Origin: Raillietiella orientalis
Lineage: Eukaryota
Direction: 5' to 3'
Length of the DNA: 60,723 nt
NCBI GenBank assembly: GCA_036172245.1
Contig: JAYWIR010000022.1
Coordinates: 3,162,001 to 3,222,723, forward strand
This document shows positions 15,891 through 28,920 of this stretch, piece by piece; position 1 is the stretch's first letter, and the number at the start of each line of letters is the position of its first letter. The notes below the pieces were generated by a model. That model did no database searches. It had not been told where the DNA came from and saw nothing but the letters and a program-made list of their open reading frames with translations. The translations under genes were made by a program, and so were the position numbers.

Positions 15891-18800
15891 TTCGATACAA
15901 GTTGAGGTGTGAGGTTCGTAAGTTTTGTGGTGGCAAAGCTCAACCACCTATACATTTTTCGATACTACAGAACTATTCATTCCGTTTAGCGTGATGAAGC
16001 AACTTTAGATTCGCTGACTAAATCTACAAAGAAGAAGAGCATTAGATTTTTTTTTTTACTCTTTTTTCGGAAAGTAGGTGACTCAGATGTACTGGTACAA
16101 CGAAAGATGGCTTTTGAATGTGCCAGAGACGAACCCAACTGGGTTAGCTGGAACAGCCTCCAGAGAGGGTCACGCATCGAAGGCGGAATCAAGTGTGGCC
16201 TGTGTCCAGGATTGAGCGACGTAGAGAATGGACTTATCATCCAAACTGCGCTGGAGCCACCTGGGACCTGATAAGATCTCGAAGGCGTGAGCAGCTTGCC
16301 AGGCTGGTGCAATTCGAAGGATAGATTGGGCACAGCGTGGCCTTGGAGCGGCTCGGGAATTCACGGCGTCTGAGCCTGACGGGATCCCCAGTTTTCTTCC
16401 CCATCCATCCGTCCGCTTTCTAAGGAAGGGAGGATCTGGAGGTGACGCATCTCAAGTATCCTATTGGCCGAGTAACTTCGAGTCTGACTTTCCTGGTGAT
16501 CAGTGGGATAGGAAACTACATCTCCTACTCAGCTGCTGCCCGAAGCAGCAGCAGAAGCTGATCACTGCGTCCTGCACCTAGTTTCTCCACCCTTGGTGCC
16601 TTCCGGATGACCAAGCCGATCGACTTGGCCATCTGGAATGGGGTGGCGGCGTCATTTCCGTTTCTCAATTTGCCCTTGAAGCTTTGGATATGAAATCGAG
16701 ACGTCATCTTCATACCAGATTGTCCTTATTTACAAAGCAGAATCACAAATATCGTCTCCACTCCTTTGTTTTGGGATTTCACATAAGAAGAATAAAGAAA
16801 AAAAAAAAAGCAATGAAACAATAAAAGAAAACAAAACAAGAATGAAAACGGAGAAACGCTGACGGACTTTCCTTGTGTTGCTGGAAAGACCTTAGGGATT
16901 TCAACAATCCCACCGGGTTTTTCTTAGGAGAGGTCCATGGAGGAAGCACACGGAAAGGACTCCTGACAAAGTGACTTGCGCGGGCTCGATGCAAGCGCTT
17001 CGTGCAACGGAAGGATGGGCTCGAAACAGCAGCTTCACTTCAGCATTTTCTTTGTACTTCCACAGACTCCATCGGGATCAGAAAAAAGGGACCGAAAACT
17101 CGCAGACACTCGCTGTTTTTAATCCGCCACTGCCACCGTCTCTCAACTTTGTCTTCCCCAAGGTGATGCTGCTGGGAATTTGCATCTCTTCTGAGAATGG
17201 AGGGAGAGAATACTTTTGCTTCCTTTATCTCGAATGTCTTTGCTTCCCTTCTTGGCAATTTATCACAGTAACCGTCTTCACTAATTGCGGGTTTTTCTTT
17301 TAATGGGTTTTTATCAAGCCCTAAACTTTTCCGCGAGCTGTACATTTTTTTACTAATGGATTATTGATTGGTGTCCTTCACTTGCTTTCCATCATTCCGA
17401 GAAAGTTTGCGGGCTCCTCGTGTTTTGCAACTGTTTGCACCGCATACTGTTTTCCCTTATCCTCTCCGAAGAGATCCGGTCATTTCTATTTTCCACTTGA
17501 GTCCAAAACATTTATACGGTTTCAAGCTGACCACAGCCTACAGTAATTGCTTTTATTGGTTTTAAAAGTTATTGCTTCCTAAAGGAAAGGCCCTGCATTA
17601 GTCTCAGTGTGTTCATTATATAGAAATACGTGATTTCTGTCGAAATGTGTTCATCCTTATCCTTAGATCCTTACCCCATAGAGTCAGCTCTTTTTTTTGT
17701 TGTTTTCACTATTTCTGTATTTTCATCAAAAAGAATTACACCACTTCCGACTCCCATTATCCTCTGGTGGTTCCTTCATTTTATTTTATAATTGCATTTT
17801 GTATTTATGTTTGGTTTTCTTTTCAGAATTCGCCAAAAACAAAAGAGGTTGTTTTGGAATGCGTTTGAAAAAAAATTATGCCACTAAAAATAATCAAAAG
17901 CCAATATCGGTTGCATTTCTCAAAATTTAAGAAATTCTCACCTAGACTGAGGATAAAGAACAACTTATCTGGAAATACTTCTCGCTGGTCTTCTTTCTTC
18001 AAGCTTTGGTTCCTTTTCTGAAAATACTCCTTTCATTCTGACTCATTAACTAGAAAATTATTTGCATTTTTATAAAGCCCATTTCAGTACGAATGTCTGT
18101 GTCCGATCATGAAGTCGGATATTTGTATACTCATTTTTGTTCCTTATTTTTCTTCACTCTTTTTGTTAAACACTTGTTTGGAAAAATAAGCCAAACAAGA
18201 CAGATAATTAATTTTTCCTCTGCCTTATTAGATAACTGCAATTATCACTCGATTAACTCTCATCCCATGAAGCATTTGACAGTGGTATCACAGTGAAAAC
18301 TTCAAGGTGGAAAGAGACTGTAATGGAAAAATATCAGATAAGCACATTTGATAAGAAATTACGAATTTCAGGATATATAAGATAATGATAATAAGAAGCA
18401 GGTGCATGTATAAGTTCAAGAAAACATATGTTGGTTTTATGAATAAAGTTCAGGAGTTTTTCTCGGGAGAGATTAATGTTCCCTTATATATAAGATCATC
18501 CTACCAGACACAAAAATGAGAAAGTTTCCTGTCATAGGATTCATAACACATAAGAAGAGAAAATTTGTTAATATTCCACTGAATACATTGCAAATTGAGA
18601 AGACGCTACACAAGTTTTGTGGACTGATATACGTTTTCCTTTTATATGTCAAGTCACAAATGTTGCAAATGCTTAATAGGAAAAAAAAGTATTTGTATTT
18701 CCTTGAAAGTTTATCAGTTTCCATCGATGTTTAGTAGTTTTACCAGCACTCAATGATTTGCACTTCGTTGATAAGGATTCGTTTATTGTAATAAAGATTA

Positions 18801-19575
18801 AAAGTTTTTGGAGATTATCGATTTCCAGTGCATCTTAATAGATTATTTCGTACTTTGCCTTCTTATTTTTCTAAAGAACCTTTTCTAAAAAGTTTCTTCA
18901 GTCAAATGCTATTTGTTGTGATTATCTGATAAGTCTCTATGCCTTTTGGTTTTTTTAGAATAAGTGGACATGTATTTCCTGATTTCTTGTCTAAACAAAA
19001 CATTTGAAACCTTATGGTAATAACTAAAAGTAGATATTGTTATAAATAACAGAAAATTATTGATTTACTCTAAAAAAACACTTTTTTAAGAAAAAGTGAT
19101 AAATATAAAAAAGTTAGATTGATGGATAAGTCAATTTAAAACAGCGGTACCTTTAATATTACGGTATGTTTAATTATCCTTCAGAATTATAAAAAAAAAC
19201 AGTATGTTACTTTATTTTTATAATCATTATTTAGAATTTTTAATTTCAACTTTATTATTATGGGTTCACATTTCACATTCATTTATCACAATGACTTAAT
19301 GCAGTAATTTTTTTCTGGTTTGGGATCATAAAAGAAATTCGAAACGGAAATGTTATTTGGTAGTATCAGACAACAACAGCATTTTCCTGTTCCGTTGTTT
19401 TTTTTGCTGTTGGAGGAAACGTGTCGTGAACCCGGTGGGTGTCACAGTGTTTTTTAACGAACTCACATGAGATCAAGCTAGTAAACGGTAAGATGACAAA
19501 GCTGTTCCTTTACAGTTTGCGAGTTGTTGGTGTACCTTTTAGATCTGGTTAATCTTTAGGCAATCCACATTCGAA

Positions 19576-20896
19576 ATGGGTTGCAAGGATAAGAAATCGG
19601 GCTGGAAAGCCAGTTATTTTACAAAAGTTGTGGTAGGTTGACAGAACAATTAATTACAATATTTCCTAAATGAATCGGATGAAATTGCCTCCCTGTATAA
19701 TGCTGCTAAAGATGCATCAGTGCCAGAAATGGTTGAACCCAACTGATTGCTTAGCAGCAAATGCGCTTTTGAGGCTGTCTGAAGGTTAAAAAAATTTAAT
19801 TTGCTTTGCTCCTTTTTATTTTAAAATTTCAATAATTCAAAATCTTTTAGGATCAGTTCAATGAATATCCGAGGTGTTTTATTGTTAATGCAGATCATGT
19901 TGGATCAAAGCAAATGCAACAGATCCGGATTACGCTTCGCAACGTAGCAACTGTGCTAATGGGAAAAAACACAATGATTAGGAAAGCAATTCGCGGTTAT
20001 TTGGATAGGAATCCAAATTTAGAGAAGTAAATGATTTACTTAAGGGAGCATTTCAGTATGGATGTGTTTATGTGTTGGTAGGATTCTTCCTCATATTAAA
20101 GGAAATGTAGGATTTGTGTTTACCAAAGAAGATTTAGTTGAAGTTCGAGAAAAGCTTTTAGCCAATAAAGTTAAGGTACCTGCCAAAGCCGGAGCAGTTG
20201 CACCGTGTGATGTAATAATTCCTGCTCAAAATACAGGGATGCCTCCGGAAAAAACATCGTTTTTCCAGGCATTACAAATTCCTACTAAAATTTCTAAGAG
20301 TAGCATCGAAATTCTTGTAAGTAATGTTGTGAACTAATGCCAATTTAATCAAATTATGAGTAGAATGATGTTTTATTGGTTAAAGAAGGAGAAAAAGTAG
20401 ATGCTTCTGCTGCCACCTTACTTAACATGCTTAATATTTCTCCTTTCTTGTATGGACTTGTTGTTAAACAAGTATATGATTCTGGGACAGTGTTTGATCC
20501 TTCGATTTTGGATATCAAACCTGAGCATTTAGTTGATGAGCTGAAAGCAGGTCTTGCAAATGTAGTTAGTGTTTGCCTGCAGATTGGGTACCCAACTGCA
20601 GCCTCTGTACCACATTCAATCATAAATGGGTTCAAAAACCTTTTATCTCTTGCGGCAGTTACAGATATAGATTTCAAGGAAGCCAGCACTCTGAAGGAGT
20701 ATTTGAAGGTATTTCAAAACTTAAATGATATAAGTAATCAGTGTAATTTTAGGATCCAAGTAAATTTGCTGCATATGTTGTGTCGTCTGTTCCTAGCAGT
20801 GATGCTACTGTTACAAAAGTAGAACAGAAAAAAGAGGAGATTAAGGAAGAAAGCGAAGAGTCAGATGAGGATATGGGATTTGGATTGTTTGATTGA
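19576..20896 (+). CDS. RPLP0: 60S acidic ribosomal protein P0 (uL10), 5 coding exons
   Basis: Exons 19576-19632, 19851-20026, 20082-20316, 20364-20708, 20753-20896. Motifs [30 protein letters not shown] and C-terminal [22 protein letters not shown] at 20907-20912. Confidence 0.97.
19665..19785 (+). ncRNA. Intronic C/D-box snoRNA, U22 (SNORD22)-like
   Basis: In RPLP0 intron 19633-19850. CCT/AGG terminal stem, AATGAA near the 5' end, internal TGCTGCTAA/TTAGCAGCA stem, GGTTGAACCCAACTG and CTGTCTGA (box D), all resembling vertebrate U22; 121 nt. Confidence 0.7.
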
Positions 20897-21106
20897 TTCA
20901 TCTTGCAATAAAATGTGGAAACTTAGACAAGTTTACTGGTTGCTACTTGCAAGAAAACATGGGATCTGGTTTGCTGTACCCAATTTGGGAGATGATTTTG
21001 TAAATTTGAATGTTTGGTTAAAATTTGGGTTAGGGGTAGGGGTTGAAAGACATATCTTGTACTGCTTTTATTGTGATTTCACTGATATTGTTTTGGCAGT
21101 TCTAGC

Positions 21107-22469
21107 ATGAGTCTCAAAGGCAGAAAAGCAAATAAGAATCCACCAATTTTTAGTCATGAATTTGTTATACAGAACCATGCTGACTTAGTATCAATGCTGG
21201 TTATTTTACTGCTCCTTGGCCTGATGTTTCAGGTCACAGCACCTATTTCTTCCCTTTTTGTTACTCCTTCTCATAATGTAACAGATTCACAGAATTCGGA
21301 AGTTACTTTGTACACATATGGAATCCATGATGTTCGATGTGTTTTTTTCTATATGTTGATATGCATTCTGCTACATGCTATGCTCCAGGAATATGTGCTA
21401 GATGTAGGTCATCTATGAATTTGAGATCACCAATTTGTGTTTACAGAAGGTAAATCGCAAGCTCCATCTGTCCAAAACTAAGAATAGCAAATTTAATGAA
21501 TCTGGTCAGCTGCTGGCTTTTGGCCTTGTGTCTGTGATTTGGGGTGGTGATCTTATCCATACGTAAGAACTGTGTATACAAAGGAAGTTTGCATTAATGG
21601 CATTGGTATAGAGGTGGTTATTTATGGAACATTCCTTCACTCTGGGAAGGCTACCCACATATTCATATGGGCACATCATACAAATTGTTTTTTATCACCC
21701 AAATAGCTTATTGGATTCACACATTCCCTGAACTGTATTTACAGAAAGTGAAAAAAGAGGAACACATGGAACGTATGCATGTCAGTTTGCATTACCTAGT
21801 GTTTATCTTAGCTGCTTACTGTTTTTGGTAAGTATGAAGGTTTTTAAATAGCAGTGATGTATGTATTTAGCTATACACGGATTGCTTTGTGCCTGCTTGT
21901 TAGCCATTACGTTGTGGAGGTTTTGTTCCATGCATTTCAGATTTTGGCATTTGCTGATCGAAAGCCAATTTCTGAAATTGGTAAGTATGGTGAATTTTCT
22001 TGGAATCCAATTTGGGTTTAGGTTTCATGCTGTGGAATGTGGTTTTTGTGTTGGTCCGCTTGGGATCAATAACATTGTCTGTGCTCACCTTTTGGTATGG
22101 GATGGCAGCTAGTGATTCCATTGGTTTGACTATTCTTGGAATTCATTTGAATGGAAAAGTGATGAGGATGGCTTCATTAGTGGCTATTTGCACACTGCAA
22201 GCATGCCTCCTGTGGCTGTTCATTACATTTCATATGCAAAAGATGAGAGAAAGGGCAGCTGATAAGATGCAGCAGCAGAAAAAACAAGGTGATCAGCGTG
22301 CAAAAAAACTGAAAGCAGAATGTGAGTATAGGATGAGAGAAAATGTAAACCTTACCATGTTGTAGCCAAGCGGAATTCTGAAGAGGATATGAATGAGCTG
22401 CCAGAGGTGGACCAAAATACAAAGAAAAACTTTAAAGGAAGAGGAGCTTTCAAGGCAAAAGGCCTTTGA
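21107..22469 (+). CDS. TRAM1: Translocating chain-associated membrane protein (TRAM1-like), 6 exons
   Basis: [73 protein letters not shown]; GT-AG introns of ~42-50 nt; TGA ends at 22469. Confidence 0.95.
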
Positions 22470-25400
22470 TTGATTTATCAGCAATTTTTGGCTGTCTTCT
22501 ATTTGAAGCTCCAGTCGGTTTTATCAGTGTGGTTGGCTATTGATTTTTACCACATAGCCATTTTCCAAACATTGAAATTTTGTAAAGTTTTATCTTAACA
22601 AGGAAAATTATTTAGAAGATCTGATTGAAGCAGGGTTTGTTTGGCTTTATGCATTTCATCAGCTACATGTTTTTGAAATGTTCTTAGTTGATAAATACAA
22701 ATATCTAGCTTGTATTATTTGCAATAATTAGAACAGATAGTTGAGGTTTTGGTATTGGTCTGAACAGTTTCTGTAAATAAGATAATTGTGCCATCTTTGT
22801 AGTACTGGATTGGTGTGTGAAAAAGGTTTATCTGGTTTGCCAAAAGGGGTTACTTTTTTGGCAGACCAGATTTGAGGAAACCAGAATAATTAAAGGCAAT
22901 TGACACTATTGAAGAAATTTGTGATAATCATGAAATAATGATCAGTTTAGAGAATTCTTTTATTTCCTTTGAACTTTGGTTAATATATGGGGAAAAAATA
23001 CGTTTCATAATGTGCTTGTGTTTTTATTTTATTTCTTAAAATATACTTCAGTTTGACAATGCATGCTCATGTGGCTTATTATTGCTCTTGAGTGATGAAA
23101 AAATGTGATAATTTCGAAATTCTGCTATTCTGAAGGGAATGATCCAAAATTATTTTAAAGGGATTATAAAAACTAGGATCTAGCAAACAGGTAGACACGT
23201 AGCAAATAGGAAAGAATACAATATAAAGGAAATCAAAGGTGCGCTCTATGCACATCATGGCAAATCTACATAAGTGATCTAGCTTGATATGCATGTGGGG
23301 AAATGAATTTCACTTTAGAGCTACATTTGTTATGTAGTTTGGTCTTCAGGTATTGTGTGGTCCTCTTCAATTGTTTGTGATGTAGAAAATTGGAAGCCGT
23401 CTATCCAATTTCTGTACTTCAAGGGACCAAATGCTTTGGCTTATGTGTAATGAGCAGCATATTTATTTGGTAGAACTACGTAATATGGTTTCAGATGTAA
23501 AAGTGTTACAAGTTTCAGTTTGTATTGTTATGGTAAATTCTCATTAATATTTGTTCCATGCTGTTCTCTGTTGCAGTAGCAGCTGTTTTTTGTGATGAAA
23601 TTAAAGTGCCTTTCATTCAGCTATGCATTTGTAAGTGGCTTTCTGCAAGTGTTATAGCTTCCAGTTGTAATGTTCTACAGTTTTCTTTTAAGTTCTGCAG
23701 AAAATAAATGAATAAGAATATTTGAGTCCATGTAAGGAATTGCTGTTTATTTAATCATTTAGGTGTACTTCAGTTCTAGGCTTCCAAGCTAACTTCATCC
23801 TAAATGTGAGGAAGCTGGCATGTATTATGAATTCCTAACTGGTATTTCGTTCTTCAAGTGTATATATACTGAGTGGTTCAAGGCATGTTTGTTTTCTTAA
23901 TTTGGACTCTGTTAAGAGGTAATTATTGATTGGTTAGGATAGAAATAGGTTTGGATCTATTTCTTGCTTCTGTCAAGCTTCTGAAGTTTCATTTGCTTTA
24001 GGAAACTAGGTTCTATTTATAATCCAGATGGTTATGTAAAGTACGCTCATTCGTTAAGCTTGTGCTCAAAAAATTTCGAGACAAATTTAAAATTCTGTAA
24101 AAGTCTGGCATTTATGAATGCTTGCTAACAGTTAAAACATTTGTTTGTGATTATCGAAATCAAATATTAACGTATACGTACAGTCTCGCGGTTTGTTTTT
24201 AGCAAAACTGGATCACTTGTCCTTTCGTATTGATGAGTGCTTTGGATAACACATGATAACTAGGCAATAGAAAATTCGCATGCTTCTGTTTGCCTTGGCT
24301 GCGGCTGGTAATGCCAGAGATCGAATGAACTCAGATCTTTATGCTCTTAGCATAGTTATGAATCAAGCACCATTGTGTTCTGTATTTAAAAACAAGTGAA
24401 ACCTAGCGTGGAATTTATGGAAAAAAGATCAAGCTTATTTTTGTGTGCGTGTTTAATTGCGAGTAGTTAGCAGTGCGTAATTTGACACTTTGGTAACCTG
24501 ATCTCAAGTGTTTCTCGAGTGTGTTTGGTGTGTGATTTGTGCATATTGGGAGTATTTTTGCATGCGGGTTCTGCGAGTACACTTCCCTGATCTATTATGA
24601 GATTTATTATACGTTGAGAATGAGAACATTTACATGGATGAAAATTTGGGCTTTGCGAATATTAGAAGTACATTTTGGAAAAGGATGGCAGGTAATCAAC
24701 ATTTGCAAGAAGTTGCTGAAGTTCAGCGAATCTGATCTGAACTCGGTTACCGTGGCTGCCCTCAAGGCAGATTTATGGATCGTTATTTCTGTTAATGTTA
24801 CAATTGTCTTAAGAGATCAGGTCTTTCACGTGGGCGTATGCACCATTTCCGATCCCACGCAAGAGGCATCTACTCCAAGCCTATTACTACTACTACTAGC
24901 CTACTTACCTAGCCTATTACCAGCTCGTTCCGTAAGTGGAACAAATCTGAGAATTCCGTCCCCAAAGACTAAAGTGTGCAGTTCGTCTTTTCTGAGTATT
25001 AATATACTGTTGAATATTCAATCCATGGTACATAATTCTTCCTTTACAGCGTATTCAGCTCGATCACTAATCGACCTCTGGTTTGCGGTCACGGTCCGTG
25101 GGGCCAGTTTTTGTTTTATTTTTTCTGGTTGCACGAAGCAACCCGAAGAGAATGGAACACTTCCAAATCAGGGCTCTTATGGTTGGAATATCAAATCTGA
25201 AAACATTACGCTGATGTCTAAGAGATTCTTCAATATATGTTTTGTACTACTCTTCACGTCGTTCAGTCTTCCAAAAAGTAGTATCCTTTTCATGGGATTC
25301 GGGACATAAGATTACCGCTGATCAGGAAAGCTTATGGAGGGAAAAATATGTTTTGCGGACATCAAGTCTTTCGTATCATATTATACATTATTGTCAATCT

Positions 25401-26689
25401 TTATTAGCAGCGTTGCGCACATTGTATTTCAAAGTAACTAACCGGAATAATACATCAATTCCGTTCCTCAGACTCTGGGAATTATTTAATTTCATAGCGT
25501 CGTTTATTGCTAACCATGGTCTGAACTCTGTCATGAAACACATCCGAAGTTTAGATTAATGCTTTTCGAATTTTATTCCCCCTGAGGCAACCGGAAGAGA
25601 TTTTTCGCCAACATAATTAAAAGTCTCAGATGATAATCTAAGCTTTGGTTTCAATTAGGCAGCGTTACTTAGGTATCTCATTAAAGTAAGAAACTCGATG
25701 ATAGTTCTAATTGAATGCTGCACATTTTGAAGCCTCAACTCAATGAGAATTTCTGAAAGGCATTTTTTTGTGTAAGTAGGACAATGCAAATTTATGTATC
25801 TGGAGTAATGAGAATTACATTTTACACATGAAACAACCGTATATTTTTCATAAGTGAACTAATATGTGCTTGATTACCTTATCTACGATGTATGGTGTAA
25901 TCATGTTTTCCAAAAACCTGAAAAAATTTACCTTTTGTCATACACATTGCTGGCTTGTTTCTCATTGTGCTTGTTCTTCAACTGTCTGGTTACAACTGCT
26001 TGGTTTGACAGTTTTTTTTTTTCTTTAAGGAGTTTAACACCTACCAAGTTGAAATAAAAGTAGACAACCCTGCCATAGCCGGTCTGATGCACAAAATGTT
26101 TCATTTGTTTTGGAATTTTAAACTACTTTTTCAGAGACCGGGACCAGTTGCGAAACTGGTTTTCACAACTGGTTTCGTCGCAGCTTTTTAGGATGTTAGG
26201 ACGACAACGTTTGGAAAGATAGGATTTAATTTTCAGAAGAATCATACGTGTATAGCAGAAGCTCGTCGGAGGAAGTGATCGACGATGTGATTGTTCTAGA
26301 GCAGGACAGACAAGACATATTAAGGATATGCAAATGTCGATTCCAGGTTGGAATTTCTTGTCTATGCAAACAGTCTACGTAAATTGTATACCTTGAGCAT
26401 AGGAGGTTTGCATTAATATATTGAGGAAGAAGCCGAACCAGATGAAACAGCCACTTTCTTGAAATGGACTCTAGGTATCCTTAGTTCCCAGTTGGATCTT
26501 TCCCGTCCCTGACTTCCGTGTTGGTAGCAGGGGCGAAAATCATTTTGCTCCTCAATACTCATCCACTTCGTTGCAGCATTTGCTATCTGCTTGGCATGCT
26601 CTCCAGTAAATGCTTCGACTCTTGCCATGCCGTCTCCGACCATGGATAACGGGAAATTCTGTCATCTGCCTCAAACAAGGAATTTCTCC

Positions 26690-28920
26690 TGCTCGATGAT
26701 CATGTCGATGAAGAGCGGGTTCGTCCTCGAGGTCTATGCATCATCACTTCGTTTTATCAAAGCCTTTGATTGCATCTTGCACTCCCTTCTTCAAGAAGTG
26801 CTGAAGGAATGTTAGACGGACGAAGTTTTCGTGCACATCATCAAGGATTTCTGCTGGCAAGGCATGAAATCCGTGGTCTCATACGTCCAGATCACTGACC
26901 GGATCACGAATGCGAAACGGGTTGAGAAGAGGGTTGTGAAGGATGCACTTCTGTTTAATCTGGCGTTCGAGCATGTGTTAAAAATCGATGAAGTCCACTG
27001 TTCTTGGGGGGCTTATTGCTTGCGTACTCCAATGGCCTAGCGATGATCACCGAGTTTGTTCCCGTGACGGAAACATCGTTAAAGGAATTGTGTGTGTGAC
27101 AGCAGAGCTCTGGCCGAAGACCGTTCTTAGGAACTGTACCTCCTTCCATTTTTACCTTGTTCCTTTTGGACGTGTCGAATGAAGTTTTATTTCAACTGTT
27201 TACCAGTTCCGATCTCTACGTTACACGAAGCGTCGGAGTAGCTAGCCACGTTCCTCGGGACAGACATCTTTACTCCGCACTCAAGAATGGAAGGTGTATC
27301 AAAGGTGGAGGTGGAGTGCTGGTTAGGTGGTGTGATCATAAGATGGGCTATCTGTCATGCGACTGTTTTTTTCAATGTTTCTTCGTTTCCAAGGACCTGA
27401 AAATTTCTTCAAATCGACTAGGCTCATGTATATGACAAACTGCTGGTGAAGCTTGTAAAGCAGGCTCTCGTTCTCTCGAGCAGGTTCATCTAAGGAGTGT
27501 CCCTGGGATAAGAGATTCCAAGGTTACCCTGCTCTTGTGAGTCTGCCCTAAGCTATGTCAAGATACTCATGCCTCTCGACGGAATGATTACGAAGAATCA
27601 CGCACGACATTGTCTGCGCGATGATCTGTAGAAAAACATTGCTTGCGGCCATTCTGATGATCATCATTTGGGCAAGTACATGCTAGGAGAGTCTTGCGGA
27701 TGCTACTCAATACAGGGTAGCGATCTCAGTAGCCTGAGACCGTCTGGAAGATAAACGTCTACTACACTAAAACTCCTATGGAAATTTGAGATGGTAAGGG
27801 ACGGTGTGGAGCTCTCGGTCGATACGAGACATGCCCCTTGACAGGCATGCTCACTGCAGAATCCTCTAGCGAAACAAGAATTAGGAGTAGCATTCCTGCG
27901 TGAGTCGGGGGAAGGACATACCTGTGTGTCTCTTTCGTTAGCGTTCAGTTGCTTCCTGGGCATCAGAAAAGCCCTGCCCTTCATCCGTACTGCACGGATC
28001 AACCTCATCCCTGTCAAGGTGCAGAAAAAAAGGAAGCTAGAAGAAAGTCAGTGTGTGGTTAGAGACCAGGCAGTGCCTCTTGTCTTGACCTCTTGAATGA
28101 GACTTTCTAATCTTTACACGGAAAAACCTGGGCAGGGCAGCAGCTCTGTTCAGAAGACTATGTTCTCGAGAATGAGAGAAGTCTTCGGTACAGATCGGAG
28201 GGTGCTGGGAACTGAACGGAATCTTAACCCGGATCTGTTTTTTTTTGAGAAAGAAGAACCAGATCCTTGTACTCTATGTGTTTTATTCCTTCGAGAACAC
28301 ATCTTTCCTGAAGAACTGGAAAAAAGATAGCAAAGATTCCACCACCTAGCGCTGAAATTATTTTCGATAGGCTACAGGGGAACGGTGAAGTCACTGATCT
28401 TCGGCTCACTCGGTGCCTGGCGCACACAGAGAATGAGGACCTCATGTCTGGGCTGCAGATAACGTCGCCGTATGCATGTAACAGCTCATGACTGTCGCAA
28501 CATTCACTACTCCAAGACATCTATCAGACTTGTCGCCTTTGAAAATCTTTCCCATATGCGATCACAGGCCCTTCTTGCTTCCCTCTCCAACCGAACGATA
28601 GTTCTTGTGGTGATCCAGTGCAACATTTTTTTAAAATGTGCAACGAACTCGGAAACTGCGTGAATGCTCCGGTGAGGCAGTTTCATGGAGATGGCAAAAT
28701 CCGATCCTAAGAGTTTCTTCTACCTGTGTGTGGGAATACTTGGGTGTAAATCTTACCCTTGGAAGTCTGCATAAGGTTGGCACCATCGAGACAGCTCCGC
28801 TTCTGAACGTTGAACATGAGCTTATTACATGGTCCTTCCAAAATAACGATAGGCGAATGGATGTATGGCTGGACAGATAGATGCTGATAACGATAGATAG
28901 CTTGCTGTGACAAGTAAGTG
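26690..28920 (+). mobile_element. Highly degenerate non-LTR retrotransposon remnant (RT, possibly RLE-type C-terminus)
   Basis: FIKAFDCILH and ALLFNLAFEHVL RT-like motifs with many stops and frameshifts. Boundaries approximate. Confidence 0.5.

Noticed and set aside
24539..25309. 256-aa ORF
   Set aside because: Non-ATG start, no recognisable motif, and it spans a short tandem repeat (~24878-24923); probably spurious.
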